64,000 nucleotides of DNA from an uncultured Lentimicrobiaceae bacterium. Lineage in GTDB: Bacteria; Bacteroidota; Bacteroidia; Bacteroidales; F082. Every line of letters starts with the position of its first letter. Positions within the stretch are counted from its first letter, which is position 1. Positions 1 through 9,151 of this stretch are shown piece by piece. Position numbers and translations under genes: made by a program. The notes beneath the pieces were generated by a model. The model was given only the letters and a program-made list of their open reading frames with translations. It was not told where the DNA came from and ran no database searches. The stretch spans positions 2,770 through 66,769 of the forward strand of contig CAYNVN010000121.1 of assembly GCA_964400655.1 (NCBI GenBank). The letters run 5' to 3'.

Positions 1-1170
1 GGGGAAGTCAAGTTTAAAAGTAATAAACAACTCGTTACACCCTGTTGTACTTCCTTGTGTCGGTTCAATTAATTTTCCTTCAAAATCGGGATAAGAGCTC
101 GTCCATTTTTTTTCAATTATTTTCCAGCCCGGTTTTGAGCGACCACCTCTTAAAGCACCTTTTTTTAAAAATATTGTGGAATTAACATAAAATCCCGGTT
201 CCTGGCCTGCAGGCACATTTGAAAAAAGGAAATCTTCAATTGCAATTTTAATTTTCTTTTTACCACATCGGCTAACCTTTTTCCGAATTTTAAGTGTACG
301 CAAATCACGTGACGGGCCGTTAGGCGTTACCGAAGTAAAACCATCCCACTCATGGGCGAGCATAGTTCCTGTTTTGGTAGGGTTAGCATGAAAAAAGGCA
401 TTGGTTTGAGGGTTATCGTTATTTACGGTAGCGGCACAAACGGGCAAATCATGTTCTCCTCCCTGCGGGTCGGTCCATGGCACCTGATTTAATGGGTTAA
501 AACTACCTGGTGGAACTTGCGAACCTTCGATAAAAACACCACAGAAATCGGACATATTGGTACTCGACCAGCTCATGGGGTCGGTAATACTTACATCGTT
601 TGGTGCACCGGGATAAGGGTATTCGTCCGATGCAAAAATATAATCGATGGTAATAATAGTATCGAAAGGCTGATAAGTAAATTCTATATAGGCTGCGTCT
701 CCGGTATGTTTGTTCATCTTTACCGTTGTATCGTAAAAGGGGGTGCCGGGCGTATAAAACAAATCTTTATACATCCGCCACAAAGAGGTATCGCCCGGAC
801 GGCCGAAATCAACATCATCGGCATAGCCAACAGTATTATAATTTGATGAGAGTACCGACAAATCACCCGTTGACAGTCCCAAACCGGTTTCCCATCCCAA
901 CTCCGACCAGTTGGGTTTATCGCCATTCCAGTAATAACAAAATGCCCGCGGATCGCCAACATATCTTATACTATTTGTATCAATTAATCCGCCACCAAAG
1001 TGCAACACATTAAAAATCCAGTTTCGCACACTATCGATATCGGCTTCGCTTGGATTTTCGGGATTAGAAGCTACAGCTCTGTACTTAATCCGATCAGTTC
1101 CCTGAGCATAAATTAAAGTAGAAAAGGAAAACAAAAAAACTATTAAAAAGAGAGGTCTTTTAAATTGCAT
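1..1170 (-). CDS. N-terminal part of a large secreted surface protein (choice-of-anchor-L-like); the 3' end lies outside the window
   Basis: My own minus-strand translation from the ATG at 1170-1168 gives MQFKRPLFLIVFLFSFSTLIYAQGTDRIKY... (signal peptide). The frame stays open to position 1. It contains ...TIDYIFASDEYPYPG..., resembling the FASEEY-type motif of choice-of-anchor L domains. It is absent from the ORF track because it runs off the window edge. Confidence 0.55.
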   Translation of the reverse strand, partial: MQFKRPLFLIVFLFSFSTLIYAQGTDRIKYRAVASNPENPSEADIDSVRNWIFNVLHFGGGLIDTNSIRYVGDPRAFCYYWNGDKPNWSELGWETGLGLSTGDLSVLSSNYNTVGYADDVDFGRPGDTSLWRMYKDLFYTPGTPFYDTTVKMNKHTGDAAYIEFTYQPFDTIITIDYIFASDEYPYPGAPNDVSITDPMSWSSTNMSDFCGVFIEGSQVPPGSFNPLNQVPWTDPQGGEHDLPVCAATVNNDNPQTNAFFHANPTKTGTMLAHEWDGFTSVTPNGPSRDLRTLKIRKKVSRCGKKKIKIAIEDFLFSNVPAGQEPGFYVNSTIFLKKGALRGGRSKPGWKIIEKKWTSSYPDFEGKLIEPTQGSTTGCNELFITFKLDFP

Positions 1171-1276
1171 GTTTTTAACCTGTTTGTCACTGTCGCTAAA
1201 ATAAACAAATAAACTTTGGAAATAACAATCACAAAAAAATAGACATCAGATAATGGATTATCGTTGCCTTTGGGCA

Positions 1277-1312
1277 TAAAAAAACCCCATTTGAAAATCA
1301 AACGGGGTTTGC
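1277..1312 (-). terminator. Rho-independent terminator of the RRM-protein gene
   Basis: The minus-strand RNA forms AAACCCCGUUUGA-UUU-UCAAAUGGGGUUU, a long stem with one G-U pair, followed by a U-run. It lies just downstream of the stop at 1329. Confidence 0.8.
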
Positions 1313-1328
1313 AAAATGTTTTCGTTGT

Positions 1329-1583
1329 TTAGTAACGATTTTCTCTTGGACGGGCTTCGTTAACACGTAGATTTCTACCATTAACTTCTCTGCCTTCCAG
1401 AGCTTCAACAGCCTGACGGCCTTCGTCGTCGTTTGGCATTTCAACAAAACCAAAACCTTTTGAGCGGTTGGTAGCTCTGTCGATAATAATTCTTGCGCTT
1501 GATACTTCGCCAAATTCGCTAAAGATTTGCTCTAAATCGTGGTCATCCATCGAGTAGGCAATGTTTCCAATGTAAATGTTCAT
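1329..1583 (-). CDS. RRM-domain RNA-binding protein (84 aa)
   Basis: RNP-2-like IYIGNI and RNP-1 KGFGFVEM motifs. The length and layout are typical of single-RRM bacterial Rbp proteins. Confidence 0.95.
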   Translation of the reverse strand: MNIYIGNIAYSMDDHDLEQIFSEFGEVSSARIIIDRATNRSKGFGFVEMPNDDEGRQAVEALEGREVNGRNLRVNEARPRENRY

Positions 1584-1789
1584 TTTAAAAAAATTAAATA
1601 ACTAAAAAAATCCGGGAAAAAGTAAAATGAACCAGTCTTAAAAAAACGAAGGAAAGATAATACTTATTACAACCGGTGTTATTTACCCTCATAGCAGGCT
1701 GGAAATTCCTGCAACAATTTGAATAACTGTGCAAATGAAGTCATTTTTTGGTTACAAAATACAAAGAATGAAAATAAATAACCTTTTTT

Positions 1790-1837
1790 ACAAAATAAAT
1801 TCCTCAAAGTTTTAATATTTATCAAGTTTGAGGAATT
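1790..1837 (-). terminator. Putative terminator at the end of the inositol-lipid operon
   Basis: An 11-bp inverted repeat, AATTCCTCAAA (1798-1808) / TTTGAGGAATT (1827-1837). On the minus strand it is followed by TTTATTTTGT. It lies about 50 nt after the stop at 1889. Confidence 0.6.
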
Positions 1838-1888
1838 GTTTTCTCTAATTTGACGTTCCGTTTGATGCCGCCTAACTTCCGGATATAA

Positions 1889-2818
1889 TTAAATTAGTTT
1901 TATAAAGCGTTGTATTTTATTGTTTACAAACGGGTTTAACGATAGTTTTTCAAAAACAACAATTACAACAAGAGCTACTGTTACTCCCAAACCGATATCT
2001 ACAAGGTAGTGGTGTCCTGAATAAACTGCCGAAAACCAAATACCAAGCATAAAGACCGCAAAAAACCAATTCATAATTTTTAAACCTTTTTTTATGCCAT
2101 AATAAAGTACAATAACCGGATAAGCGGCATGTAATGAGGGTATGGCAGCAAGCACATTGGCATTTTTGTTGTAAATGGATTGAAAAACCGGAATACCGGT
2201 AATGGCATCAAAACGGGCAAGTCCGGCACTGTTTCCAGGAACGCCCAAATGCAAATCAAAACCATAAAGTTTAACATACCACGGCGGTGCTGCAGGATAG
2301 ATATAATAAATAACAAACCCGACAAGATTAACCAAAAGAAAAACCAGCGAGAACTTTGTAAACAGATATTTATCTTTAAAATACAGATAAACGGCAAAGG
2401 CCAGCGGTATGGGCACCCAGTTAATATAAAACAATCCGGCCAGTATATCTAAAAACGGTTTACTATGGATATTAAAATACTCGTTGGGCGTGAGTATATG
2501 GCCGGTTTCGTTAATTCCGAACAGCAATTTTTCCAGTTCATAGGGTTGTTTTATATGCACCTGCGACACCTGGTAATTGGGTATTACCCGCATTGAATCA
2601 TATACAATCCAATAGATGATAAATATTGAAAATGCCAAAATAAACCTGCGTGTTTTTTCGGTAAAATAATATCCCGTAAGCCAAATTAAAACAAGATAAT
2701 AGTATTCGGCTCTTATTCCTCCGGTAAAATAACTCCACAACAAACAGGCAAACACAACAATGGCGTTAAGTGTAATGTTTTTATTTGTAAACCTTATGAA
2801 CTCTGTATTTTCAGCCAT
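1889..2818 (-). CDS. PAP2-superfamily membrane protein, Aur1/inositol-phosphorylceramide-synthase-like
   Basis: Polytopic membrane protein carrying IPSLHAAYP and YSGHHYLVDIGLG. These match the PSxH and HYxxD motifs of the Aur1/sphingomyelin-synthase-like PAP2 branch. It is the last gene of the inositol-lipid operon, and its ATG overlaps the upstream stop (TAATG). Confidence 0.7.
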   Translation of the reverse strand: MAENTEFIRFTNKNITLNAIVVFACLLWSYFTGGIRAEYYYLVLIWLTGYYFTEKTRRFILAFSIFIIYWIVYDSMRVIPNYQVSQVHIKQPYELEKLLFGINETGHILTPNEYFNIHSKPFLDILAGLFYINWVPIPLAFAVYLYFKDKYLFTKFSLVFLLVNLVGFVIYYIYPAAPPWYVKLYGFDLHLGVPGNSAGLARFDAITGIPVFQSIYNKNANVLAAIPSLHAAYPVIVLYYGIKKGLKIMNWFFAVFMLGIWFSAVYSGHHYLVDIGLGVTVALVVIVVFEKLSLNPFVNNKIQRFIKLI

Positions 2819-3354
2819 TACTTAAAATATAATTTTTCGTACACCTTATTATTGGTTTTTATGTCGTTACCAAACAATTCCACATATAAAACTTTTGGCC
2901 AGAAACCCGATTCGTCGGCATAAATATACAGATGATCAAGTTTTGAAAGACTATTGTTAATATTGGCATAAACCACCGCTTTAAATGGTGCTTCCTGACT
3001 AAGCCAAAAGGAGTGTTCTTCATCAGCCACAAGTTTTACCCTGTAATATTTTTCTTTATCTTTTACCTTTTCGCATTTAACCCCGTATGCATACCATTTT
3101 TCGATGGTACGTAATTCCATTTTTTGTCCCTGTTCTTCGTATCGTATCCAGTAAACATTGATGGGGTTCTCTTTGTTCAAATTTCCGTTATCATCAAAAT
3201 TTGCATCGTAAACAATGGTATTTTTGTTATGATTACGCTGGATATAAAAAAGCAATTTATCATTTTTTAACGGCACGGGATAACGGTCGTCATCCACACT
3301 CTTAAACGACATCGTAACAAACAGCAGCAATATTATGGGAGCAACTCTCTTCAT
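2818..3354 (-). CDS. Small secreted protein of unknown function (DUF4833-like, from memory)
   Basis: Signal peptide MKRVAPIILLLFVTMSF. About 178 aa, with no catalytic motif recognised. The DUF4833 assignment is recollection only. Confidence 0.5.
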   Translation of the reverse strand: MKRVAPIILLLFVTMSFKSVDDDRYPVPLKNDKLLFYIQRNHNKNTIVYDANFDDNGNLNKENPINVYWIRYEEQGQKMELRTIEKWYAYGVKCEKVKDKEKYYRVKLVADEEHSFWLSQEAPFKAVVYANINNSLSKLDHLYIYADESGFWPKVLYVELFGNDIKTNNKVYEKLYFK

Positions 3355-3355
3355 A

Positions 3356-4363
3356 TTACAACATGTTTTTATTTTTATACCATGTTAAAGTTTCGGTAAG
3401 CCCTTTTATTAAATCATATTCGGGATAAAAACCAAAATCGTTTACCAGCGGAGTGCTGTCGCACAACCAGTTTTTACAACTTATCTCTTTATATTTTTCG
3501 GTATTTAGCGTAGGCGGCACTTTGGTAATACAGGCAATTTTTTCGGTTAAAAAGGCTACAATTTTAACAATGGTGCGGGGAAAAATAATACGAATGGTTT
3601 TTTTTCTTAAAACTTTTTTAATGATAGTATTAAACTCCGTAGCCGTATAGTAATTAAGGTCGGAAACAAAGTACGACTTTCCGGCAACCGGGGATTCCAG
3701 CGCATCAAAAATCAATCTAACCAAATCTTTAACATAAATAAATGTTAGATGCTGCCGGGTTGTACCAATATAGGTTTCAACACCCTGTTTGATGTTTTTA
3801 TAAACGAGATAAAAATCTTTTTCGCGATATCCGTAAGCGCCCGTAGGTCTGAAGATTAGAAAAGGAAAACCGGACAATGATTTAATATACCGTTCGGCCT
3901 TTAGTTTGCTTTCGCCATACAAGGTAACCGGATGAGGGGTATCGGAATCCGATACCGGTTTTAAGGTTTCTTCGTCTCCCGGGCCATAAGCCGCCAAACT
4001 GCTCATAAAAACAAATTTTCCCGACAGCGAAGCTGTTTCCGTTAAAGCTTCTATCAGGTTTTTGGTGTATTGAAAATTTACTTTGTCAAAATCGCTTTTT
4101 ACACACGATTTTGTAATTCCGGCATTATGAATAACAAAGTCGAACTTTCCGAATGTTTTTTGATGTGTTGTAAACTTCTCAGCCAAAAGGGCTTTATCGG
4201 AAAGTTCCGTTTCGATAAAGTTAATACGGGGATCGGATAAATAGGTTCTGTTGCTGGAACTTCTCACCGCAGCAAAAACACGATAGTTTCGTTTCAAAGC
4301 CTCCTCCACAAGAAAGCTGCCGATAAAACCGCTGGCACCTGTTATTAAAATATTTTTCATCAT
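3356..4363 (-). CDS. NAD(P)-dependent epimerase/dehydratase-family (extended SDR) protein
   Basis: N-terminal Rossmann motif ITGASGFIGS and catalytic YGESK (YxxxK). Confidence 0.85.
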   Translation of the reverse strand: MMKNILITGASGFIGSFLVEEALKRNYRVFAAVRSSSNRTYLSDPRINFIETELSDKALLAEKFTTHQKTFGKFDFVIHNAGITKSCVKSDFDKVNFQYTKNLIEALTETASLSGKFVFMSSLAAYGPGDEETLKPVSDSDTPHPVTLYGESKLKAERYIKSLSGFPFLIFRPTGAYGYREKDFYLVYKNIKQGVETYIGTTRQHLTFIYVKDLVRLIFDALESPVAGKSYFVSDLNYYTATEFNTIIKKVLRKKTIRIIFPRTIVKIVAFLTEKIACITKVPPTLNTEKYKEISCKNWLCDSTPLVNDFGFYPEYDLIKGLTETLTWYKNKNML

Positions 4364-4365
4364 TC

Positions 4366-6915
4366 TTAAAAATCCATTTTAAACCTGGCTCTTATTCCGT
4401 ATTCAGCAACATTAGGATTATCTAAATAGGTAACCCGTTTAACAACATCGACCCTGAAAAATTTAAGAATATTGCCAATACCTGCACTAACTTCAATATA
4501 GGGTTTGTCTTTTAAGGTAAATGTAGTCGGGTTGCCGTAACTATCAGTCGGAAATTTCATTACTCCGGGTGTAACATCGGGGTTGTTTTGGTCGCTTACG
4601 CTGCCGTAAAGTCCTTTAAACGACACAATGGCTCTCCACTTTAACCTTTTAAACAACGGAATTTTATTAAAAATAAAGCCGTTAAAATGATGTTCGATAA
4701 AAAGGCTTGCATACTGATCACTTACAAATTCCAGAAAGTTCATCATATTGTAAGAGCGAATTTGGTACGAATAGGTTTGGTTGGCACGAGGTATTGCAAG
4801 TAACGGGAAGGGTACCTGTCCGAAAACTTTTCCGGCTTCAATTTCCGTATTGGTAAATCCTATTGGTGAAAGATAAAAACGTTTAAAGGCATTAAAAGTA
4901 AGTTTACTATAGGTATAATCTGAATTAAACACCCCTTCAAAACCCTGTGTATAGGATATTTGAAAGATGGGATATTTTGTAATAATGGGAACTCTGAAAT
5001 CCATTCCCTGATAAAACTTTTCGTTGGGTGCAAAACGTAAACGGGTAATAATTTCGCTGGTAACAATCTGGTTAATCGAATAATCATCGTAGTTAAAATA
5101 TAACGTTCCTCCGGGTTCCTGTTTCATATTTTTAAAGATGAGTGTGGTAGAAAACCCGTTTTTCCAATCTTTATAATGTTTAAGTTCAAACATTTCGTAG
5201 TAAAGTATTTTATCTGAAACTCCCCTTTTAAACGAAAGTAAAAAATTATCTTCATTTATAAACTGCATCTCCATACCGGGGAAATTGGTTTCAACCTGAT
5301 ACATGGCAGAAAAATAGTGTTTCGGATTTTCTTTTAACGGTTTTTTATTAAGCGACCATGTGCCTTTTAATGAATATTTAAATCTTTCATCTTTAAACCC
5401 GTACATCAGATAGCCCTCAAGTCTTAATCGTTTACTGAATTTCTCGCTGGTTCGTCCTCCAGCTCTTAAGCGAAATCCTTCCACATCATTAAAACTATAA
5501 AAAGTATTAACCGGTCCAACATCAACTTTTCCGAAATTCCAATAGCCTGCAACCAGCAGCATAACAATATCCATTGTTCGTTTAAATGCCGGCACATGTT
5601 GAACGCTGTCAACCATCGAGTAAATATTTTTTTCTTTATCCGAAAGGTCAACCAACCGGTTTTTACCCCAGAAAGCGGTATCACGTTCATTATATCCGGG
5701 TTCGCGAATTATATTTTCAACACCTCTGTAAACGGTATCGGGTCGTTTTTTATTAAACAGATAATTATCGTAATAAACCGTTTTTCTTCCGAACATTCCG
5801 ATACCTTTTTTACCAAGATTAAAATCAACCACAAGATTATCTCTGGTAAGCATCCAGCATTGGTTATTGATGTAAGAATACTCCTGAACGATTTTAAGGT
5901 CGTTAACAAAATTCAAATTAATGTCATCGGTTATTCTCATATCGGCTTTAATAACCGCATATCTTTTATCATTGGTAATGTATAAGTTACCAACAAAGGC
6001 AAAGTCCTGCCTGTTTCGAGGCTGAAAAGCAAGATTAATACAGCTATAGCCGTTAACATCAACCGTATCTAGAATAAAAAATTTGTAAATAACCGGAGAA
6101 ATAGTTGACAAAGGGCTGACAAACGGATTGGTTAACAGCGTAATATTATTATCGTAAATATCGATATCCTGATACATATTGTCAATCATAAAGCTGATTC
6201 CCTCATTATCAAGATAGTCGTGAAAGCCGATCATTTTAGTTCCGGAAACGTATTCTTTTTCACTTTTCGGGTTTTTACGATAATACTTTTTTGAGACTGT
6301 TTCTTTTAAGAATACCGGAAGGTACGGTTTGCCGTTTATTTTGGAAGTATCTACATAATTAAAAACAAATTGTAGTTTTTTAAATACCTTTTTACTTTTA
6401 AATTTTTCGGTAATATTATTCAGGTCAAACTCAACCTTTTCATACTTATTGTATTCGTAATAATCCAGACTTTCTTTACGGTTTAGGTTTTTGTTTTTAA
6501 TAACTTTTTTAATAAGGTCAACCGCAGGGTTTCCTTTGTTTCTATATCGTTTCTTTTTAGTTGATATAACCACTTCATTTAAATCGATACTTTTTGATTT
6601 CAGTTCAAAATTTACAACCTGATTTTTTTCCGGTATTATTTTTTTAGTCTGACTATTGTAACCCAAAAATGATGCCTGCAGCGAATCGGATGCCCATAAT
6701 GTTTCAATACTGTATTTTCCGTTATAGTCGGTTGTAGTGCCTATATTTTTTCCCACAAAAACAATATTTACAAAAGGTAAAGGCTCTTTGGTTCCTGCAT
6801 CAATCACCGTACCTCTTACACGGGTCATTTTTTGGGCACGGCTCTCTTTTGCCGGTATAACCGCCAATAAAGAAGCAATTAAAACGATATATATTATTTG
6901 TTTAATCCTCACCAC
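4366..6915 (-). CDS. Outer-membrane protein with an N-terminal carboxypeptidase-regulatory-like domain and a large DUF5686-like beta-rich region
   Basis: GTG start and signal peptide ...LIASLLAVIPAKESRAQ. VRGTVIDAGTKEPLPFVNIVFVGKNIGTTTDYNGKYSI is a typical CarboxypepD_reg fold signature. The C-terminal end, ...GIRARFKMDF, looks like a beta-barrel terminus. The DUF5686 name is from memory. Confidence 0.65.
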   Translation of the reverse strand: MVRIKQIIYIVLIASLLAVIPAKESRAQKMTRVRGTVIDAGTKEPLPFVNIVFVGKNIGTTTDYNGKYSIETLWASDSLQASFLGYNSQTKKIIPEKNQVVNFELKSKSIDLNEVVISTKKKRYRNKGNPAVDLIKKVIKNKNLNRKESLDYYEYNKYEKVEFDLNNITEKFKSKKVFKKLQFVFNYVDTSKINGKPYLPVFLKETVSKKYYRKNPKSEKEYVSGTKMIGFHDYLDNEGISFMIDNMYQDIDIYDNNITLLTNPFVSPLSTISPVIYKFFILDTVDVNGYSCINLAFQPRNRQDFAFVGNLYITNDKRYAVIKADMRITDDINLNFVNDLKIVQEYSYINNQCWMLTRDNLVVDFNLGKKGIGMFGRKTVYYDNYLFNKKRPDTVYRGVENIIREPGYNERDTAFWGKNRLVDLSDKEKNIYSMVDSVQHVPAFKRTMDIVMLLVAGYWNFGKVDVGPVNTFYSFNDVEGFRLRAGGRTSEKFSKRLRLEGYLMYGFKDERFKYSLKGTWSLNKKPLKENPKHYFSAMYQVETNFPGMEMQFINEDNFLLSFKRGVSDKILYYEMFELKHYKDWKNGFSTTLIFKNMKQEPGGTLYFNYDDYSINQIVTSEIITRLRFAPNEKFYQGMDFRVPIITKYPIFQISYTQGFEGVFNSDYTYSKLTFNAFKRFYLSPIGFTNTEIEAGKVFGQVPFPLLAIPRANQTYSYQIRSYNMMNFLEFVSDQYASLFIEHHFNGFIFNKIPLFKRLKWRAIVSFKGLYGSVSDQNNPDVTPGVMKFPTDSYGNPTTFTLKDKPYIEVSAGIGNILKFFRVDVVKRVTYLDNPNVAEYGIRARFKMDF

Positions 6916-6921
6916 TAATCC

Positions 6922-7317
6922 TTATTTAAAAACAAAATATTTATGTGTTAAAAAGTTAAACCCGATACCCACAATAATTGCAACTATTATTTTAGAGATA
7001 ATATACCGGCAGTTAAAAAATTCAACCAGCAAATAAAGGCCTGCGGTATTTAAAAAAATACTGACAGACCAAACCAATATGTATTTAAATGACTGGGCGG
7101 AAACCTTCCCGCCGGTTTTCATAAAAGTCCAGTTTCGTTCCATAACAAACGCGGTTATTCCTCCTGAAACCGCACCGATAACGGCCGAAAGGAGATACCA
7201 GATTTCCAGGGCCTCCGTAAAAAGAATAAATACGGCAAAATCAACCGATGTAGCAACAATAGCCACAACATTGTATCTGAAAAATGAAGTTAGTGTTTTC
7301 GGTTTTGTATTCACCAC
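6922..7317 (-). CDS. GtrA-family small membrane protein
   Basis: 131 aa with four predicted TM segments. FFRYNVVAIVATSVDFAVF and the C-terminal FNFLTHKYFVFK are typical of GtrA-like proteins. The GTG start directly follows the pgpA stop. Confidence 0.75.
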   Translation of the reverse strand: MVNTKPKTLTSFFRYNVVAIVATSVDFAVFILFTEALEIWYLLSAVIGAVSGGITAFVMERNWTFMKTGGKVSAQSFKYILVWSVSIFLNTAGLYLLVEFFNCRYIISKIIVAIIVGIGFNFLTHKYFVFK

Positions 7318-7794
7318 TTATAAAATTTCAAGATACATTACCAATTGCAAAACAGCAGCTGCATAAACTCCCGCCAACACATCATCCAGCATAACACTCC
7401 AGTCGGATTTAAGGTTATCGAGTTTTTTAATGCCAAAGGGTTTTACAATATCAAATATTCTAAACAAAATAAGGGCGTAGAGGTAGTACTGCCATTTAAG
7501 CGGAATGGCAACGGCCGCAATGCCCACTCCCACAATTTCATCAATAACAATTTTAGGCGAATCGTGTTCCCATATCCGGTGAACCTTTTTAATGGCATAA
7601 ACACCCCACAGCAACAAAATAATAACAGCAAAAAGATTAAGAACCGAAACACCTGTTTTTCCTACTCCCAAATGGTTCAGCAAAAGGTTTAACCCGTAAA
7701 AAAAGGTTATTCCAAGTACCGAACCTGCCGTACCCGGTGCAACAGGTGCATATCCTGTTCCTAATCCCGATGCTATTATTTTTGCTGTTTTCAT
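7318..7794 (-). CDS. pgpA: PgpA-type phosphatidylglycerophosphatase A family protein (probable phosphatidylinositol-phosphate phosphatase in this context)
   Basis: GLGTGYAPVAPGTAGSVLG, DEIVGV and RIFDIVKPFGIKKLD motifs of PgpA. Its start abuts the MIPS stop (7794/7795). Confidence 0.85.
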   Translation of the reverse strand: MKTAKIIASGLGTGYAPVAPGTAGSVLGITFFYGLNLLLNHLGVGKTGVSVLNLFAVIILLLWGVYAIKKVHRIWEHDSPKIVIDEIVGVGIAAVAIPLKWQYYLYALILFRIFDIVKPFGIKKLDNLKSDWSVMLDDVLAGVYAAAVLQLVMYLEIL

Positions 7795-9114
7795 TTACTC
7801 CTCTTCGTAATAATCAAGACCAAGGTGGTTAATCAGGGTTTCTCCCATCATATAGCGCAAAGTATTTTCAAATTTTATTTTTTGAAGGAAAATATCATGG
7901 ATGGGTTCCAGCCCTTTTTTGGTTTGCGGCGATTTAAAATAAAACGACAACCACTCCTGAATGCCTTTATATCCTGCTCGTTGAGCAAGGTCCATAAATA
8001 AAACCAAATCCAAAACTACCGGAGCGGCAAGAATGGAATCTTTACATAAGAAATTAACTTTGATTTGCATTTTATAATTGAGCCAGCCGAAAATATCGAT
8101 GTTATCCCAGCTCTCCTTATCGTCTCCCTTGGGAGGATAGTAATTAATCCTTACTTTATGATACATATCTTTATAAAGTTCAGGATACTTATCGGGCTCC
8201 AAAATACTGTCTAAAACACTTAATTTGGAAACCTCTTTGGTTTTAAACGAATCAACATCGTCAAGCACCTCGCCATCTCTGTTGCCCAGAATATTTGTTG
8301 AGAACCAGCCGTCAATACCAATTAAACGCGATTTTAACCCCGGTCCCAAAATGGTTTTCATCAGCGTTTGGCCTGTTTTAAAGTCCTTACCAGCAATGGG
8401 AATATTAAGTTTATTAGCCATATCAATTAAAGCGGGAATATCAACTGTAAGGTTAGGTGCACCGTTAACAAACGGAACCCCGCTTTTTAATGCGGCATAA
8501 GCATAAATCATGCTGGGTGAAATGGAAGGATGATTTTCTTTTAAACCTTTTTCAAAATTTTCTATTGTTTGATGAACTTCGGTTTCCCGGGTATAAACTT
8601 CGGTGGAAGCACACCAAATCATAACCATCCTGCTACAATTATTGGCCGATTTAAAATATTCGATATCCTCCATTACTTCCAGGGCCAATTCCATTTTGGT
8701 ATTTTCTATTTTCACATTCTCGCCATGTATGTTTTTAACATATGCCGAATCGAAAACTGCCGGCATCGGTTCAATGGCACTCAGCTCATCTTTTACAGAG
8801 TCAAGCAAATCTTTATCTAAAACTCCTGCGTTTAAAGCAGCCTCATAAGCATTTTCTTTAAAAATATCCCAACCTCCGAAAACCAGATTCTCAACAGGTG
8901 CAAGAGGAACAAAGTCGTTTATTGCAGGATTTCTGTTTTCGGTCCGTTTTCCAAGTCTGATTTTTCCCATCTGCGAAATAGACCCAACAGGTTTGCCAAT
9001 TCCTTTTTTGGTGGCAAAAACTCCTGCCATAAAAGTGGTGGATACCGCACCGATACCCGGAATAAGAACACCCAGCTTACCGTCGGGGGCTTTAATGCTG
9101 TTTTGTGATTTCAT
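7795..9114 (-). CDS. ino1: myo-inositol-1-phosphate synthase
   Basis: 439 aa with an N-terminal NAD-binding GVLIPGIGAVSTTFMAG. The central SPSMIYAYAALKSGVPFVNGAPN block is characteristic of the MIPS family. Confidence 0.9.
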   Translation of the reverse strand: MKSQNSIKAPDGKLGVLIPGIGAVSTTFMAGVFATKKGIGKPVGSISQMGKIRLGKRTENRNPAINDFVPLAPVENLVFGGWDIFKENAYEAALNAGVLDKDLLDSVKDELSAIEPMPAVFDSAYVKNIHGENVKIENTKMELALEVMEDIEYFKSANNCSRMVMIWCASTEVYTRETEVHQTIENFEKGLKENHPSISPSMIYAYAALKSGVPFVNGAPNLTVDIPALIDMANKLNIPIAGKDFKTGQTLMKTILGPGLKSRLIGIDGWFSTNILGNRDGEVLDDVDSFKTKEVSKLSVLDSILEPDKYPELYKDMYHKVRINYYPPKGDDKESWDNIDIFGWLNYKMQIKVNFLCKDSILAAPVVLDLVLFMDLAQRAGYKGIQEWLSFYFKSPQTKKGLEPIHDIFLQKIKFENTLRYMMGETLINHLGLDYYEEE

Positions 9115-9151
9115 TTTTATTAAATTTAATAATTACTATATATCTTAACCT

